A stretch of DNA of 64,000 bases, taken from positions 14,701,903 through 14,765,902 of the forward strand of contig CM082577.2 in assembly GCA_040954595.2 (NCBI GenBank). The letters are read 5' to 3'. The stretch comes from Balanoglossus misakiensis (lineage: Eukaryota; Animalia; Hemichordata). The position numbers and the translations under genes were made by a program. Positions 12,228 to 24,489 of this stretch are shown one piece after another. The notes under the pieces are model-generated. The model searched no databases, was not told the DNA's origin, and saw only the letters and a program-made list of their open reading frames with translations. Within the stretch, counting starts at the first letter, position 1, and the number at the start of each line of letters is the position of its first letter.

Positions 12228-12435
12228 AACTACAACCATAACTGATAGCATCCAAGATGCCCAAGTCAACCTCTCAGGAGAGAAAGCAACCCTGCCATTG
12301 GACGTAGGTGCCACAGTTAAACATGGCCCGTTGGTTGTCCACAGATATTAAACCTCTATGTTAAATACGACAGCGACAACTGAAGTGAAGGTGAGACCTT
12401 ATATAAAACTCTTACATCTCAAAATTGAAATCCTA
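12228..12435 (+). pseudogene. OB-fold-like exon, copy 1 (diverged repeat of 13890-14105)
   Basis: Colinear with 13890-14105, including the GTGAGA donor and the following ACTCTTACATCTCAAAATTGAAATCC. Confidence 0.45.
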
Positions 12436-13365
12436 CGTGTGACTTATTTCAGATGTTTACAAATGTTCATCAAAAAAACCTGCTCTCTGCAAACATTACC
12501 ACTCCTCTTGTCAGTGCTTCTAATGTAAGTCTATTTTCCCTAAGGTGTTAGAAGAACCAAATGGTGAGGACATGGTAGATGGAGTATTAGAGGGAATAGA
12601 TATAGATGAGTAAGTATTAACCGCAGTACTTGCTTACATCAGACTTCCAATATCCTATCATTTTGTGTACATCAAGAAATGCCATGTTCACTTCTGTGTG
12701 CCTTATCATTAACATTCTGTCAACTATTCCTTTTTATTTTTATTCTAGAAGTGGCATCTTCTGTGTTATAGACGGCAAATACTAAGAGTGTCCCACATTA
12801 TGCCAGACCTTGGGGACGGAGGAGGACATACTGCAAAACCTGCCAATCCACGTACACTATCAAGCAAGACATGTGAACTTTTAATTTAGTATTCATTACA
12901 GAAACATTTCAGTCCTGCATTCTGCCATTCACATGCATCTTATTTTTGGCCAACACCAACTAAAACAAAATATCATTTAACCATATTGTTCTCATTTCTC
13001 TCCAATGTACAGAAAGCAGTAGCCTTGGGTGTATATGAAAGTGGAGTTCATTGGCGGGTACTCAGCATACTGCTGCGGTTGGTACCCCAGTCGCGGAGGG
13101 ACGAGTTTCGAGAGATTCAACCCCGGAAGAGACTGTCATCGTACAGGAGGGAGGAGAGTCCGAGTTACCCGAGGGAGACAACCCAGGAACGGCGCCCAGA
13201 GAGGACAGAAGAGGGGGAAGTTGCCCGACCTCCATTGACGCAGGAAAGATGAGGGGACACACCAGGGGGATTTGACGCCTTCTTCAACCCTCAGTTATGT
13301 GCTGAAGAATGTCGAGTTGAGGAGGCCCCAACTTCCATAGACGACCTCGCCTGACTATAGAATAG

Positions 13366-13783
13366 GCCTACATTGCTCAGTACTGTTCATATACAGTGAT
13401 GGAGAATGAATCCAAGGACATCTTGTCAATAATTACAATGGACAAAAGAATAACTGACAGAAAGTCAACAAACCTGGAGAAGGCTTGCTTTCAGCAAAGT
13501 ATGACTGTGTTGCAAGATAAAGGAATGAAGATGAAGGAAGTTGTCACAGATGCTCACCTGCAAATTGGTGCAGTGATAAGTAAGTTGTCTTTACATTGTA
13601 AACAGCAAATATCTTGTGCCTTGCAGATGTCTATAAATCTTGGTGCATGCTATTAATAAGCACAAAGCACCAGATTGTAACAGCTACCTTTCATTTTAAT
13701 TTGCAGAGCGAGAATACCCTGACATTAAATGCTCTTATGATGAATGGCATACTGCGAAGAACCGTGGAAAGAAAATCCTCCAG
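13366..13783 (+). pseudogene. Kolobok-type DDE transposase fragment, two exons
   Basis: AQYCSYTVMENESKDIL..DKR..KSTNLEK..EVVTDAHLQI. Intron 13580 (GTAAGT) to 13706 (TTGCAG) splices in frame to KREYPDIKCSYDEWHTAKNRGKKI. Confidence 0.75.
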
Positions 13784-13889
13784 TTAAAGTGTTATGAATA
13801 ATTTTAGTATTTACAGCATTTTTTTCAATTCATGTAGACCAGACATCAAATTTATCTTCAACACATTTTGATGCACGAACTGATTGGCG

Positions 13890-14105
13890 GAAACTAAGCA
13901 TAACTGACAGCAACCGAGATGCCTAAGTGAACCTGTGGGGAGAGAAAAGAACCCTACCTAAAGGCCCATTGGAAATAGGTGCCAGAGTTAAACTTGACCC
14001 ACTGGTAGTGAACGGATATAAAACCTCAACTGTAAATACTACCGCAATAACAAAAGTGGAGGTGAGACATGATCAAATACTCTTACATCTCAAAATTGAA
14101 ATCCC
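13890..14105 (+). pseudogene. OB-fold-like exon, copy 2
   Basis: RKLSITDSNRDA*VNLWGEK..IGARVKLDPLVVNGYK..VNTTAITKVE followed by GTGAGA. Fits the RPA-type 'D.T..V.LWGE..G' pattern (inference). Confidence 0.5.
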
Positions 14106-14169
14106 AGTCTGACTTATTCCTAAAAATTTGTTCTCACACAAGAATAAGTTGAACACAAAAAATTGACTC

Positions 14170-14310
14170 TGATAGTATCAGTGAAGATGATGATGAAAAT
14201 TCTGATGGTGAATATAATGATAATAATGATGATGGCAGTGACGAAGATGATGAAAATGATGATGGTAGTGGTGGTGGTGGTGATGATAATGACGGTAGTG
14301 GAGGTGTTGG
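14170..14310. repeat. Degenerate (GAT/GGT)n low-complexity tract
   Basis: Runs of GATGAT and GGTGGT seen directly. Confidence 0.8.
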
Positions 14311-14769
14311 TGTGAACGCTATGTTGACAACGACCATGGTGAACAACATGAAGTCAGTCCAGAAGGAGTTGATATAGAGCAAAGGGCTACAAGACATGCT
14401 TTGTTTGGCACTGACTCTGATCACGATGGCATCAACCCTCTCGAAGAAGAAGAGCAATTTCAAATTATTTTGAAATTTATCTGGATTGAACGTTTTTTCT
14501 TTACACAACATAAACTAACCATTTCACAAATAAAAGTTAAAAAGGTCACATCACAAAGAAAGTAAGCACTGCAAGCTTTGATCTGTTCAAAGTTCTTGTT
14601 TAATCTTTTATATACCGTAGTATTGGGTAAAGCCTGATTGAAACACATGTGCAAGATGTATGTTGGTGATATGTTGCTAACCAATGAACAGTTATCATGA
14701 GCCAGATTTCAAATCTGAATGTATCAAGACTTCAGTGACCTAAACAAGTATACCAATTAAAATAGGTGC

Positions 14770-15108
14770 AGGTTACAGCTTTTGTTGGGATAATGTCCAA
14801 AAGTTAGGATTATCCAGATACCAAACCTAAACAGGTTTATGTTGTGGGCCATGTGTTTTGCTGCCGAGAACAGAGTCTTTGGGAAACACCTTGGAAGAGA
14901 GCTACAAAAGTCCGCTACAAATATACCATTGCAAATTTTCATGCCAGCAAATGAAGACTGGGTGGGGCTGAAGAACAGAATGGAGGTTTTGGTTGAGCAT
15001 ATTATCTGCAAACACCTGCCCCATTTCAGCCAGAAATATTCAGATTGTGTTGTTAAACATGTACCGCATGAGTCCTCAGACTTATCCAAAAGAAGAATTA
15101 AATTGTAA
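14770..15108 (+). pseudogene. Academ-type (DUF6589-like) transposase N-terminal fragment
   Basis: GYSFCWDNVQK..FAAENRV..FMPANEDW..LVEHIICKHLPHF..VVKHVPHES pattern. Confidence 0.55.
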
Positions 15109-16251
15109 TCTCTTAAAAATTGTTTTAATATTTAATTGTTAGATTGAAAATCAAGCAATATTCTTCAGTTTATGATGAAGTTATTCAGTTTCTAAGATAC
15201 TCTGGAGGTTTTGATTTACAAAACAGTTCATATAGAATCAAAATGTCTGCGATAAAGACACTCTGAAAGCCAAGTGCATAATATTTAAAAAAACTTGTAT
15301 AGTAGATGCTGTGACAATCACTTTTACACATAACTTGTACCCATGATTGAGTATACACAGTGCATAATTTATATTGGTGGATTAATTGTTAGCTCTTGTT
15401 CCCCAAAGTATGTGTACTTTACGTATACAAAGTGTTCCAAATATTATGTACTAAAAGTAGACATATTTCTGAAATCCATGTAGCTTTTTGTGTATGTATT
15501 TTGTATGGGTTTTGTATACTTTATAGATACTTAAACCCTGCTTAATCCCTACTCATATATGGAAATTTAAGTATACTTTGCATATACTTAAAGTATACTT
15601 TAAGTTGGGTGTGTTTTGGTAAGGGTATTAAAATGCAATTGTTTGATAGCGACGTGAAATTCAATTCTCCCCATTCAGCTATTGATGATTTCTTGAAAAG
15701 CATCAGCAAATTAGTGTTGAAGAAAACCACTTTAGGACGTGTAGTCTCAAGATTTGGTGAGGAGTTTGAAGGTGATAGGTCTACAACCAAGGATGACTCC
15801 TATTATGTTCAAAAGTACTTGAAGCTGATGCAGCGAATCATCAATGACTGTGCTGTGCCCCACAATGCAGTGTTTTGTTTCTGTAAACGAAAGTATACTC
15901 TCAGCAAGCAGCCAGTTAAAATATTGACTGAATCAAAGGTAAAATGTTCTTGTAACGAAGAATTGAAAGCTGCCTGCCAGACGTTGCAGTCAGCCCAAGA
16001 GTTACAGGAATGGTCAACCTATTCCTCAAGTGTTTACCTTTGAAAGTGTGCACATGTTAGAGTTATCAAAGCGCAAACCCATAAATAATACGGGTATCAA
16101 GCGAAATTTGACAGCACACCAAATATATTTTAGATTAATGTCTTTGTGGTAATAATTGGGAATAAAACTCTGACTTGAGAAATAAGAGTTGGAAAACCTA
16201 CAAGGCAAGTTTATTTTGTAATGGAAAACTTTCTATTTGTTTATATTTGCA

Positions 16252-17090
16252 GATGGAGCCGATATAAATGAGATACCACCAGCAGTCCAAGTACTGAAGG
16301 CAGAACCGTTTAAGTTAGAGACGAAGCAGTATGTGTACTTTGACCTTGAAACAACTGGTTTTGGTAATATGGCGATTTACTTTAATATCTGTACTAAACA
16401 CCATTGTCAGTATGTGTGATACTACAGCGTGCATGTTAATCACCTGATCGCATTGCCCCATCACAACTTTGTTATGGGCTACTGCCACAATCTCTAGGTG
16501 CCAGGTTTAAATTTCTGGTTGTGAAATTGTTTATCTCCGCGCATTTCCGCAAATCATACTGCTTTTTAGGGGTTATTACACAAAGTGTGGTTGATAATGC
16601 GACGCAGTCTCGTGATGTCCGTTGTTTGACACATTGCTTCACAACTCATCGAAGTACTCAAATACAACGCATTATCAACCAAATCACCCTTAAATATGTC
16701 CATGCTTGTTTTGTTTAATGGACCATAGATATATGTTATAATTACAGGAACATCAGGACACATAAAGCAGATAGCTGCAGTTTGCCCAGAGAAGATGTTC
16801 AATGTGTATGTGATACAAAGAAGATCAATTCGTAAAGAAGCTTCCGCTGTAACCGGTATTGTCATGAATGGGAGTAAAATGACTCTTAATGGCAAAGAGG
16901 TTAGCTCATTTAGAGAAGCTCTGGGAATGTTTGTAGAATATATAGATAATAGAATCTTTATTTGGCACAATGTATGGATTTTTGATAGTAAAGTTTTACT
17001 CACAGCTGCCAATTCTTGTGGTATGAACACGGAAATAGATAAATCTATTTCTGATTTACTTGACACTCTACCTCTTCTGAAAACTGCTGT
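16252..17090 (+). pseudogene. DEDDh 3'-5' exonuclease (PML-C/exuperantia-like), two exons, transposon-associated
   Basis: YVYFDLETTGFG at the end of exon 1; HIKQIAAV..FNVYV..ASAVTGI..EAL..F..HNVWIFD after the acceptor at ~16747. Confidence 0.7.
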
Positions 17091-17545
17091 CAAAGCTTTC
17101 CACCATAGGAGATGTGAAGAGTCTAGTGAGTCCTCTCATTTTATGTCCTATTCAGATGCTATTGATGAAGTTCTGTGGTTGAAACCATACAAGGGAATTC
17201 GGTTCAACATCCTCTACCATGATGTCGCTGCTGTTTATTATCACTCGGCCCACATCATGCATTTCATCTCTAAATGGCCAATACCGAAAAGGTTACTCAA
17301 AGCTGTGGAAGAAGCTTTGAGAAATGGTTATATCATGCTGATATCCGAGCCCTTGGACTCACTAAGACAAGGTTGTTACAGGACCATATTGGTGGATTGT
17401 TGAGGGCGTTGATAGCATCCTGGATATGAACACTCATCTCCTCCAAATGAAGTTAACTTTGGAGACATGGGCAAATGTTGGCAGTGCCATACTTGAAGGG
17501 GAAACCATTTTCCCGGAAGGAGTAGCACCAGTTCATAAAGATAAG
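17090..17545 (+). pseudogene. Fragment of an unclassified DNA-transposase-like ORF fused after the exonuclease
   Basis: KAFH..CEES..F..KGIRFNILYHDVAAVYYH..LLKAV. Contains frameshifts. Family not determined. Confidence 0.4.
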
Positions 17546-17575
17546 CTAATTTCTTCAAACAGAAAGCAAGTCATG

Positions 17576-20500
17576 GAGGTACACCCTCACATCCTTCTTC
17601 AAACAGTGAACAAGACTGCAGTGGTGCACCCACACAGCCTTCTCCAAACAGAGAACAAGACTGCAGTGGTGCACCCTCACAGCCTTCTCCAAAGAGAGAA
17701 CAAGACTGCAGTGCTGCACCCTCACAGCCTTCTCCAAAGAGAGAACAAGACTGCAGTGCTGCACCCTCACAGCCTTCTCCAAAGAGAGAACAAGACTGCA
17801 GTGCTGCACCCTCACAGCCTTCTCCAAACAGAGAACAAGACTGCAGTGCTGCACCCTCACAGCCTTCTCCAAACAGAGAACAAGACTGCAGTGGTGCACC
17901 CTCACAGCCTTCTCCAAACAGAGAACAAGACTGCAGTGGTGCACCCTCACAGCCTTCTCCAAAGAGAGAACAAGACTGCAGTGGTGCACCCTCACAGCCT
18001 TCTCCAAAGAGAGAACAAGACTGCAGTGGTGCACCCTCACAGCCTTCTCCAAAGAGAGAACAAGACTGCAGTGGTGCACCCACACAGCCTTCTCCAAACA
18101 GAGAACAAGACTGCAGTGGTGCACCCTCACAGCCTTCTCCAAAGAGAGAACAAGACTGCAGTGGTGCACCCACACAGCCTTCTCCAAACAGAGAACAAGA
18201 CTGCAGTGGTGCACCCTCACAGCCTTCTCCAAAGAGAGAACAAGACTGCAGTGGTGCACCCTCACAGCCTTCTCCAAAGAGAGAACAAGACTGCAGTGGT
18301 GCACCCACACAGCCTTCTCCAAAGAGAGAACAAGACTGCAGTGGTGCACCCTCACAGCCTTCTCCAAAGAGAGAACAAGACTGCAGTGGTGCACCCTCAC
18401 AGCCTTCTCCAAAGAGAGAACAAGACTGCAGTGGTGCACCCTCGCAGCCTTCTCCAAAGAGAGAACAAGACTGCAGTGGTGCACCCTCGCAGCCTTCTCC
18501 AAAGAGAGAACAAGACTGCAGTGGTGCACCCTCGCAGCCTTCTCCAAAGAGAGAACAAGACTGCAGTGGTGCACCCTCGCAGCCTTCTCCAAAGAGAGAA
18601 CAAGACTGCAGTGGTGCACCCTCGCAGCCTTCTCCAAAGAGAGAACAAGACTGCAGTGGTGCACCCTCGCAGCCTTCTCCAAAGAGAGAACAAGACTGCA
18701 GTGGTGCACCCTCGCAGCCTTCTCCAAAGAGAGAACAAGACTGCAGTGGTGCACCCTCGCAGCCTTCTCCAAAGAGAGAACAAGACTGCAGTGGTGCACC
18801 CTCGCAGCCTTCTCCAAAGAGAGAACAAGACTGCAGTGGTGCACCCTCGCAGCCTTCTCCAAAGAGAGAACAAGACTGCAGTGGTGCACCCTCACAGCCT
18901 TCTCCAAAGAGAGAACAAGACTGCAGTGGTGCACCCACACAGCCTTCTCCAAACAGAGAACAAGACTGCAGTGGTGCACCCTCACAGCCTTCTCCAAAGA
19001 GAGAACAAGACTGCAGTGGTGCACCCTCACAGCCTTCTCCAAAGAGAGAACAAGACTGCAGTGGTGCACCCACACAGCCTTCTCCAAAGAGAGAACAAGA
19101 CTGCAGTGCTGCACCCTCACAGCCTTCTCCAAAGAGAGAACAAGACTGCAGTGGTGCACCCTCACAGCCTTCTCCAAAGAGAGAACAAGACTGCAGTGGT
19201 GCACCCTCACAGCCTTCTCCAAAGAGAGAACAAGACTGCAGTGGTGCACCCTCACAGCCTTCTCCAAAGAGAGAACAAGACTGCAGTGGTGCACCCTCAC
19301 AGCCTTCTCCAAAGAGAGAACAAGACTGCAGTGGTGCAACCACACAGCCTTCTCCAAACAGAGAACAAGACTGCAGTGGTGCACCCTCACAGCCTTCTCC
19401 AAAGAGAGAACAAGACTGCAGTGGTGCACCCTCACAGCCTTCTCCAAAGAGAGAACAAGACTGCAGTGGTGCACCCTCACAGCCTTCTCCAAAGAGAGAA
19501 CAAGACTGCAGTGGTGCACCCTCACATCCTTCTCCAAACAGAGAACAAGACTGCAGTGGTGCACCCTCACAGCCTTCTCCAAACAGAGAACAAGACTGCA
19601 GTGGTGCACCCTCACATCCTTCTCCAAAGAGAGAACAAGACTGCAGTGGTACACCCTAACAGCCTTCTCCAAACAGAGAACAAGACTGCAGTGGTACACC
19701 CTCACAGCCTTCTCCAAACAGAGAACAAGACTGCAGTGGTACACCCACACAGCCTTCTCCAAACAGAGAACAAGACTGCAGTGGTACACCCTCACAAACA
19801 GAGAACAAGACTGCAGTGGTAGACCCTCACAGCCTTCTCCAAACAGAGAACAAGACTGCAGTGGTAGACCCTCACAGCCTTCTCCAAACAGAGAACAAGA
19901 CTGCAGTGGTAGACCCTCACAGCCTTCTCCAAACAGAGAACAAGACTGCAGTGGTACACCCTCACAGCCTTCTCCAAACAGAGAACAAGACTGCAGTGGT
20001 AGACCCTCACAGCCTTCTCCAAACAGAGAACAAGACTGCAGTGGTGCACCCTCACAGCCTTCTCCAAACAGAGAACAAGACTGCAGTGGTAGACCCTCAC
20101 AGCCTTCTCCAAACAGAGAACAAGACTGCAGTGGTGCACCCTCACAGCCTTCTCCAAACAGAGAACAAGACTGCAGTGGTGCACCCTCACATCCTTCTCC
20201 AAACAGAGAACAAGACTGCAGTGGTGCACCCTCACATCCTTCTCCAAACAGAGAACAAGACTGCAGTGGTACACCCTCACATCCTTCTCCAAACAGAGAA
20301 CAAGACTGCAGTGGTACACCCTCACATCCTTCTCCAAACAGAGAACAAGACTGCAGTGGTACACCCTCACATCCTTCTCCAAACAGAGAACAAGACTGCA
20401 GTGGTGCACCCTCACATCCTTCTCCAAACAGAGAACAAGACTGCAGTGGTACACCCTCACATCCTTCTCCAAACAGAGAACAAGACTGCAGTGGTGCACC

Positions 20501-20960
20501 CTCACATCCTTCTCCAAACAGAGAACAAGACTGCAGTGGTGCACCCTCACATCCTTCTCCAAACAGAGAACAAGACTGCAGTGGTACACCCTCGCATCCT
20601 TCTCCAAACAGGGAACAAGACTGCAGTGGTACACCCTCGCATCCTTCTCCAAACAGAGAACAAGACTGCAGTGGTACACCCTCGCATCCTTCTCCAAACC
20701 GAGAACAAGACTGCAGTGGTACACCCTCGCAGCCTTCTCCAAACCGAGAACAAGACTGCAGTGGTACACCCTCGCATCCTTCTCCAAACAGAGAACAAGA
20801 CTGCAGTGGTGCACCCTCGCATCCTTCTCCAAACAGAGAACAAGACTGCAGTGGTACACCCTCGCATCCTTCTCCAAACAGAGAACAAGACTGCAGTGGT
20901 ACACCCTCGCAGCCTTCTCCAAACAGAGAACAAGACTGCAGTGGTACACCCTCAGAACCT
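17576..20960. repeat. 45-bp minisatellite, ~75 units
   Basis: Unit CAAGACTGCAGTGGTGCACCCTCACAGCCTTCTCCAAA(C/G)AGAGAA. One 10-bp deletion at ~19796. Variant units occur in blocks. Confidence 0.98.
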
Positions 20961-21342
20961 TCAAACAGAAAACAAAACCATGGTGGTACACTCTCACAAC
21001 CTGCCAGTACAACACCCTCACGACTTTCTTCACAGAGAAATGAATACTTGAGTGGCACTTCCGCACACTTTTCTGACAGTTTCCTTTCACAAGCCAACAC
21101 AAACCCTGTTGGAATCACTCATATAATAGTCATGCCACTGACAGTTCTGGTATACACAACACTTACAATAGCACAGACTCCACATTCTCATATTTTGATC
21201 CATCATCATCTACCAGAACACCATTGCCTCCAAATAATTCATATTAAGCTGATACCACAGCACCCGGTTCATTCCTTCAAATGATGTACAATGACGCGTG
21301 CACTTTGAGTTCCTATAAAGACCACCAAATTACAAGCCTTAA

Positions 21343-23888
21343 CCCTTTGACCCCCATTTCGGAATAATAAGGCCTGCCCATTGTCCCCACGCTGAATCCC
21401 ATAGCGGAATTAAACGGCCGAGCGCCACCATGAGTCCAAATCCCAATGCGGAATTAAACGGCCCTTCTGTTTACGTCAATCAAAACATTAATTACTCGTT
21501 TCCTAAAAGCTATTGGGTGTTTCACTTTTCAAGGCGGGAAACTTTAGTTTCTAAGCAACAGAACTGTAGTAACAGGACCATATTTGGACATAATGATTTA
21601 CGGCGGGAAAGGTTTTTCGCGGGCGATAAATCGACCGTTAGTAAACAATTAGCGCCCGAGTCGTGTGCATGTCGCGTGTCCTGACCTCTTGAACTGCGAA
21701 CTTTGTCACTCATTTCCATAACGGGTCTTTTACAAATAGTTTTCTGGGATAAAGTACTGTCGGCTTCTTTGATTTGTGCATTAGTTGGTATCGATTACCA
21801 TGACTGCTGTCTGTCACGAAATCGGCGATACACCACCCGGAACTGCGGCAACGCCAGACACCCGTGAACGCGATCAAGTCAGCGCAGCAGATATTCTGAG
21901 AGATTTTTTTAGCGATTCGGACTCAGACACCGAATTTGAGGGTTTCACTGCTGAGGAAATCACAGAGGCTGTCTTACAGCATGAATTAAATGTCCAGGGC
22001 CGCGATGATGAGAGCGACATCGACCCCGCTGAGCTGGTTCAGCTGTTGATAGCGGACGCGGACGCGGACGTCAGCGATGAAAGTGAAACCACCGACGCGG
22101 CTGATTTATTGTGGACATCTGACACCGAGGAAACCAACGTTCCTGCTTTCGATGATGAATTTTCCGGTCCGACTCACAACTTAGACTTTTCGAAGCAGCC
22201 GATTGACTTTTTTGAACTTTTTCTTAATGAAGATTTTGTTGAACTGTTAGTGCGGGAAACAAATGCCTACGCGGAATTCAAGCAGGAAAAAGCTGGTCGC
22301 CGTGACTCAGAGTGGTATGAAACAGACGCAACCGAACTGCGCGCCTACTTTGGAATGATGATTCTAATGGGAATTCACAAAGTCCCTGAAGTCAAGCACT
22401 ACTGGTCAAGTGACGATCGTTTAAATGTGCCTGGAATTTCCAAGGTAATGCCCAGAAATCGGTTCATGAAAATCAGCCAGTATCTCCATCTGAGTGATTC
22501 CCGTAACGAGCCAGATGCAAGAGACCCTCACAGAGATCGTTTGTATAAAGTCCGCGCTATGGTAGATCTTGTTAGAGAGACTTTTCCTGAACATTATTAT
22601 CCTCACAGGGAAATTGCAATTGATGAGGCCATGTGTAAATTTAAGGGTAGGTCTCACATGATTCAGTATATGCCTGGAAAGCCAGTGAAACGGGGCTTCA
22701 AAATTTGGTCTGCTGCTTGCCCTAAAACTGGCTACACTCTCGACATGCTTCCGTACACGGGGAAAAAAGAATCCCCAGAGAGAGGGCTTGGGTACCAGGT
22801 AGTCTATGATTTGACCGAGCGTTATTTCCACATGGCTCATCATATTTATTATGATAATTTTTTCAGTAGTGTCCAACTTGCACTTGATCTTCTTGACAGG
22901 GATGTATATACCACTAGTACTATTCGACAGAATCGAAAGGGGCTTCCACAGCAAATCAAAACAAAACAGAAAATGAAACGGGGGGATTGTGTTGTTCTGC
23001 AGAGTGGGAAGCTTTTTGCTTATAAGTGGTTCGACACTCGAGATGTGAGAATGCTGACAACAATTTCTTCCCCTGGGGGTCAAAACCAAACAAGGGGTGG
23101 GAAAACTTTCTTTACTCCACATGTAATATTGCAATACAATAAGTATATGGGTGGGGTAGATAAAAGTGATCAGCTGGCAGTGTATCAGTCCATGTCGAAT
23201 AAATACATGAAATATTGGAAGTATTTGTTCTTCTTTTTTATGCAGCGAATGATAGTCAATGCTTTCATCTTGTACAGAATAGCGCACACTCCGGATCAAA
23301 GGAGAAAATACAGAGGCCTTGACTTCAAGTTAGATTTATCAAGCCAGCTGATCGCAGGGTATACTAACAGAAAAAAAAGAGGCCCCCATCCCCAAACCCC
23401 AGCAACAGAAAGTAGTTTGAGCACAATCAATATCCACTCCCACAAATGTGAAAAAATGGACCCCAATGCCAAAAGACCCCAAAGAATATGCAGGTACTGC
23501 TCAAAAGTGAAAAGAAAAACGGCTAAGGGATACCCTGTAGAAACAATCTTCGGCTGCAAGTTGTGTGGGGTTTACTTGTGTAAAAACACATGTTTTATTG
23601 AGTACCACGGTAGCATAATGCAGCACTGAGTGTCACCATATGGTGTCACTGTGAAAATGTATAAAGTGTGTTGAAATTAGAAATAAAAATTAATTGTTCT
23701 GAGAATTTAATTGTGGTGTAATGTCATATCTTAGTTGTGTATTTGCAGTGTGTAATTTGCCTCTATGCAGTGAGAGTGAAAGTTTGCTGTGAGTGAGAAA
23801 GTTTCGGGAATCTGGGGGTATTGATATGCAAATTTAGAGTGGGGAGACTACGTCACGTGTAGCCATATACATAATGGGGGTCAAAGGG
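21343..23888 (+). mobile_element. Full-length piggyBac transposon
   Basis: TTAA at 21339-21342 and 23889-23892. Perfect 16-bp TIR CCCTTTGACCCCCATT. Confidence 0.97.
21800..23629 (+). CDS. piggyBac transposase (PGBD4-like), intact
   Basis: First ATG at 21800. Acidic N-terminus with DSDSDTEFEGF; catalytic triad IAIDEAM, YYDNFF, MGGVDKSDQ; KPVKRGFK; C-terminal Cys-rich domain CRYC..CKLC..LC..CF..YH. Confidence 0.96.
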   Translation: MTAVCHEIGDTPPGTAATPDTRERDQVSAADILRDFFSDSDSDTEFEGFTAEEITEAVLQHELNVQGRDDESDIDPAELVQLLIADADADVSDESETTDAADLLWTSDTEETNVPAFDDEFSGPTHNLDFSKQPIDFFELFLNEDFVELLVRETNAYAEFKQEKAGRRDSEWYETDATELRAYFGMMILMGIHKVPEVKHYWSSDDRLNVPGISKVMPRNRFMKISQYLHLSDSRNEPDARDPHRDRLYKVRAMVDLVRETFPEHYYPHREIAIDEAMCKFKGRSHMIQYMPGKPVKRGFKIWSAACPKTGYTLDMLPYTGKKESPERGLGYQVVYDLTERYFHMAHHIYYDNFFSSVQLALDLLDRDVYTTSTIRQNRKGLPQQIKTKQKMKRGDCVVLQSGKLFAYKWFDTRDVRMLTTISSPGGQNQTRGGKTFFTPHVILQYNKYMGGVDKSDQLAVYQSMSNKYMKYWKYLFFFFMQRMIVNAFILYRIAHTPDQRRKYRGLDFKLDLSSQLIAGYTNRKKRGPHPQTPATESSLSTINIHSHKCEKMDPNAKRPQRICRYCSKVKRKTAKGYPVETIFGCKLCGVYLCKNTCFIEYHGSIMQH

Positions 23889-24251
23889 TTAAGGAGAAGT
23901 TAACAAACAGTGCATCATATTACACTGAAGTATGAAGAAGTCTTTTTAAAAACAAAAAAGAAAGTAGAATGTTCACTGTCTTGTTTTCATTAAAATTCAC
24001 TACTTTAATTTTTCTCCATAGAGATAACACTGAGATTGGCGGCTATCTTGAATCTCAAATATTTGATCAACTTAGCCCTGTAATTTTACATTTTGCGCCC
24101 CTAATTCCAATTCTCAATTTCCTTGAGCAAACTATAAAAAGTTTAAAACTTTGATATTTTAGGTGCGATCAACATTAACAATATCAAATTGGCAATAACA
24201 TATTAAATGTATATTACAGAATCAATGTACATGGATATTTTTCATTTTCAG

Positions 24252-24489
24252 GGTGATGATATTGATAAACTTGTCAAGTTGACAAAGGAGCCATGTCTCA
24301 TCCTGAAGAATAATACAGTAATGTTGGCAGTGTATGGTCGTCTACTCTTTGAAGTGCTGAAGAATTGGGCCAACGGACTCTTAGCATTATTGGCCATGTA
24401 TTACTCCTTTGAATTGCCCTACCCTGGTATCACAGAGACAGCTATATCCCTCATCCAGACAGAATTACTGGATGACAACATCAACCTTA
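24252..24489 (+). pseudogene. Exon of a transposon accessory protein (LLAxYYxFxLxYP motif) cut by a MITE
   Basis: Acceptor TTTTCAG near 24251; GLLALLAMYYSFELPYP..SLIQTELL. Assignment to a CACTA/SAMD3-like C-terminus is inference. Confidence 0.45.

Noticed and set aside
13050-13350. GC-rich island with several short ORFs
   Set aside because: No recognisable domain, TIR or TSD; cannot be classified from sequence alone.
14134-14511. Ser/Pro-rich 125-aa ORF
   Set aside because: Translation of a GAT/GGT low-complexity tract.
17576-20960. CRISPR-like array
   Set aside because: Units are head-to-tail with no unique spacers, there are no cas genes, and the context is eukaryotic.
17555-21118. Long minus-strand Cys/His-rich ORFs (1187, 590 and 436 aa)
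   Set aside because: By-products of the 45-bp unit lacking stops in most frames; no unique coding flanks.
22421-23559. Minus-strand ORFs inside piggyBac
   Set aside because: Antisense to the transposase, no motifs.
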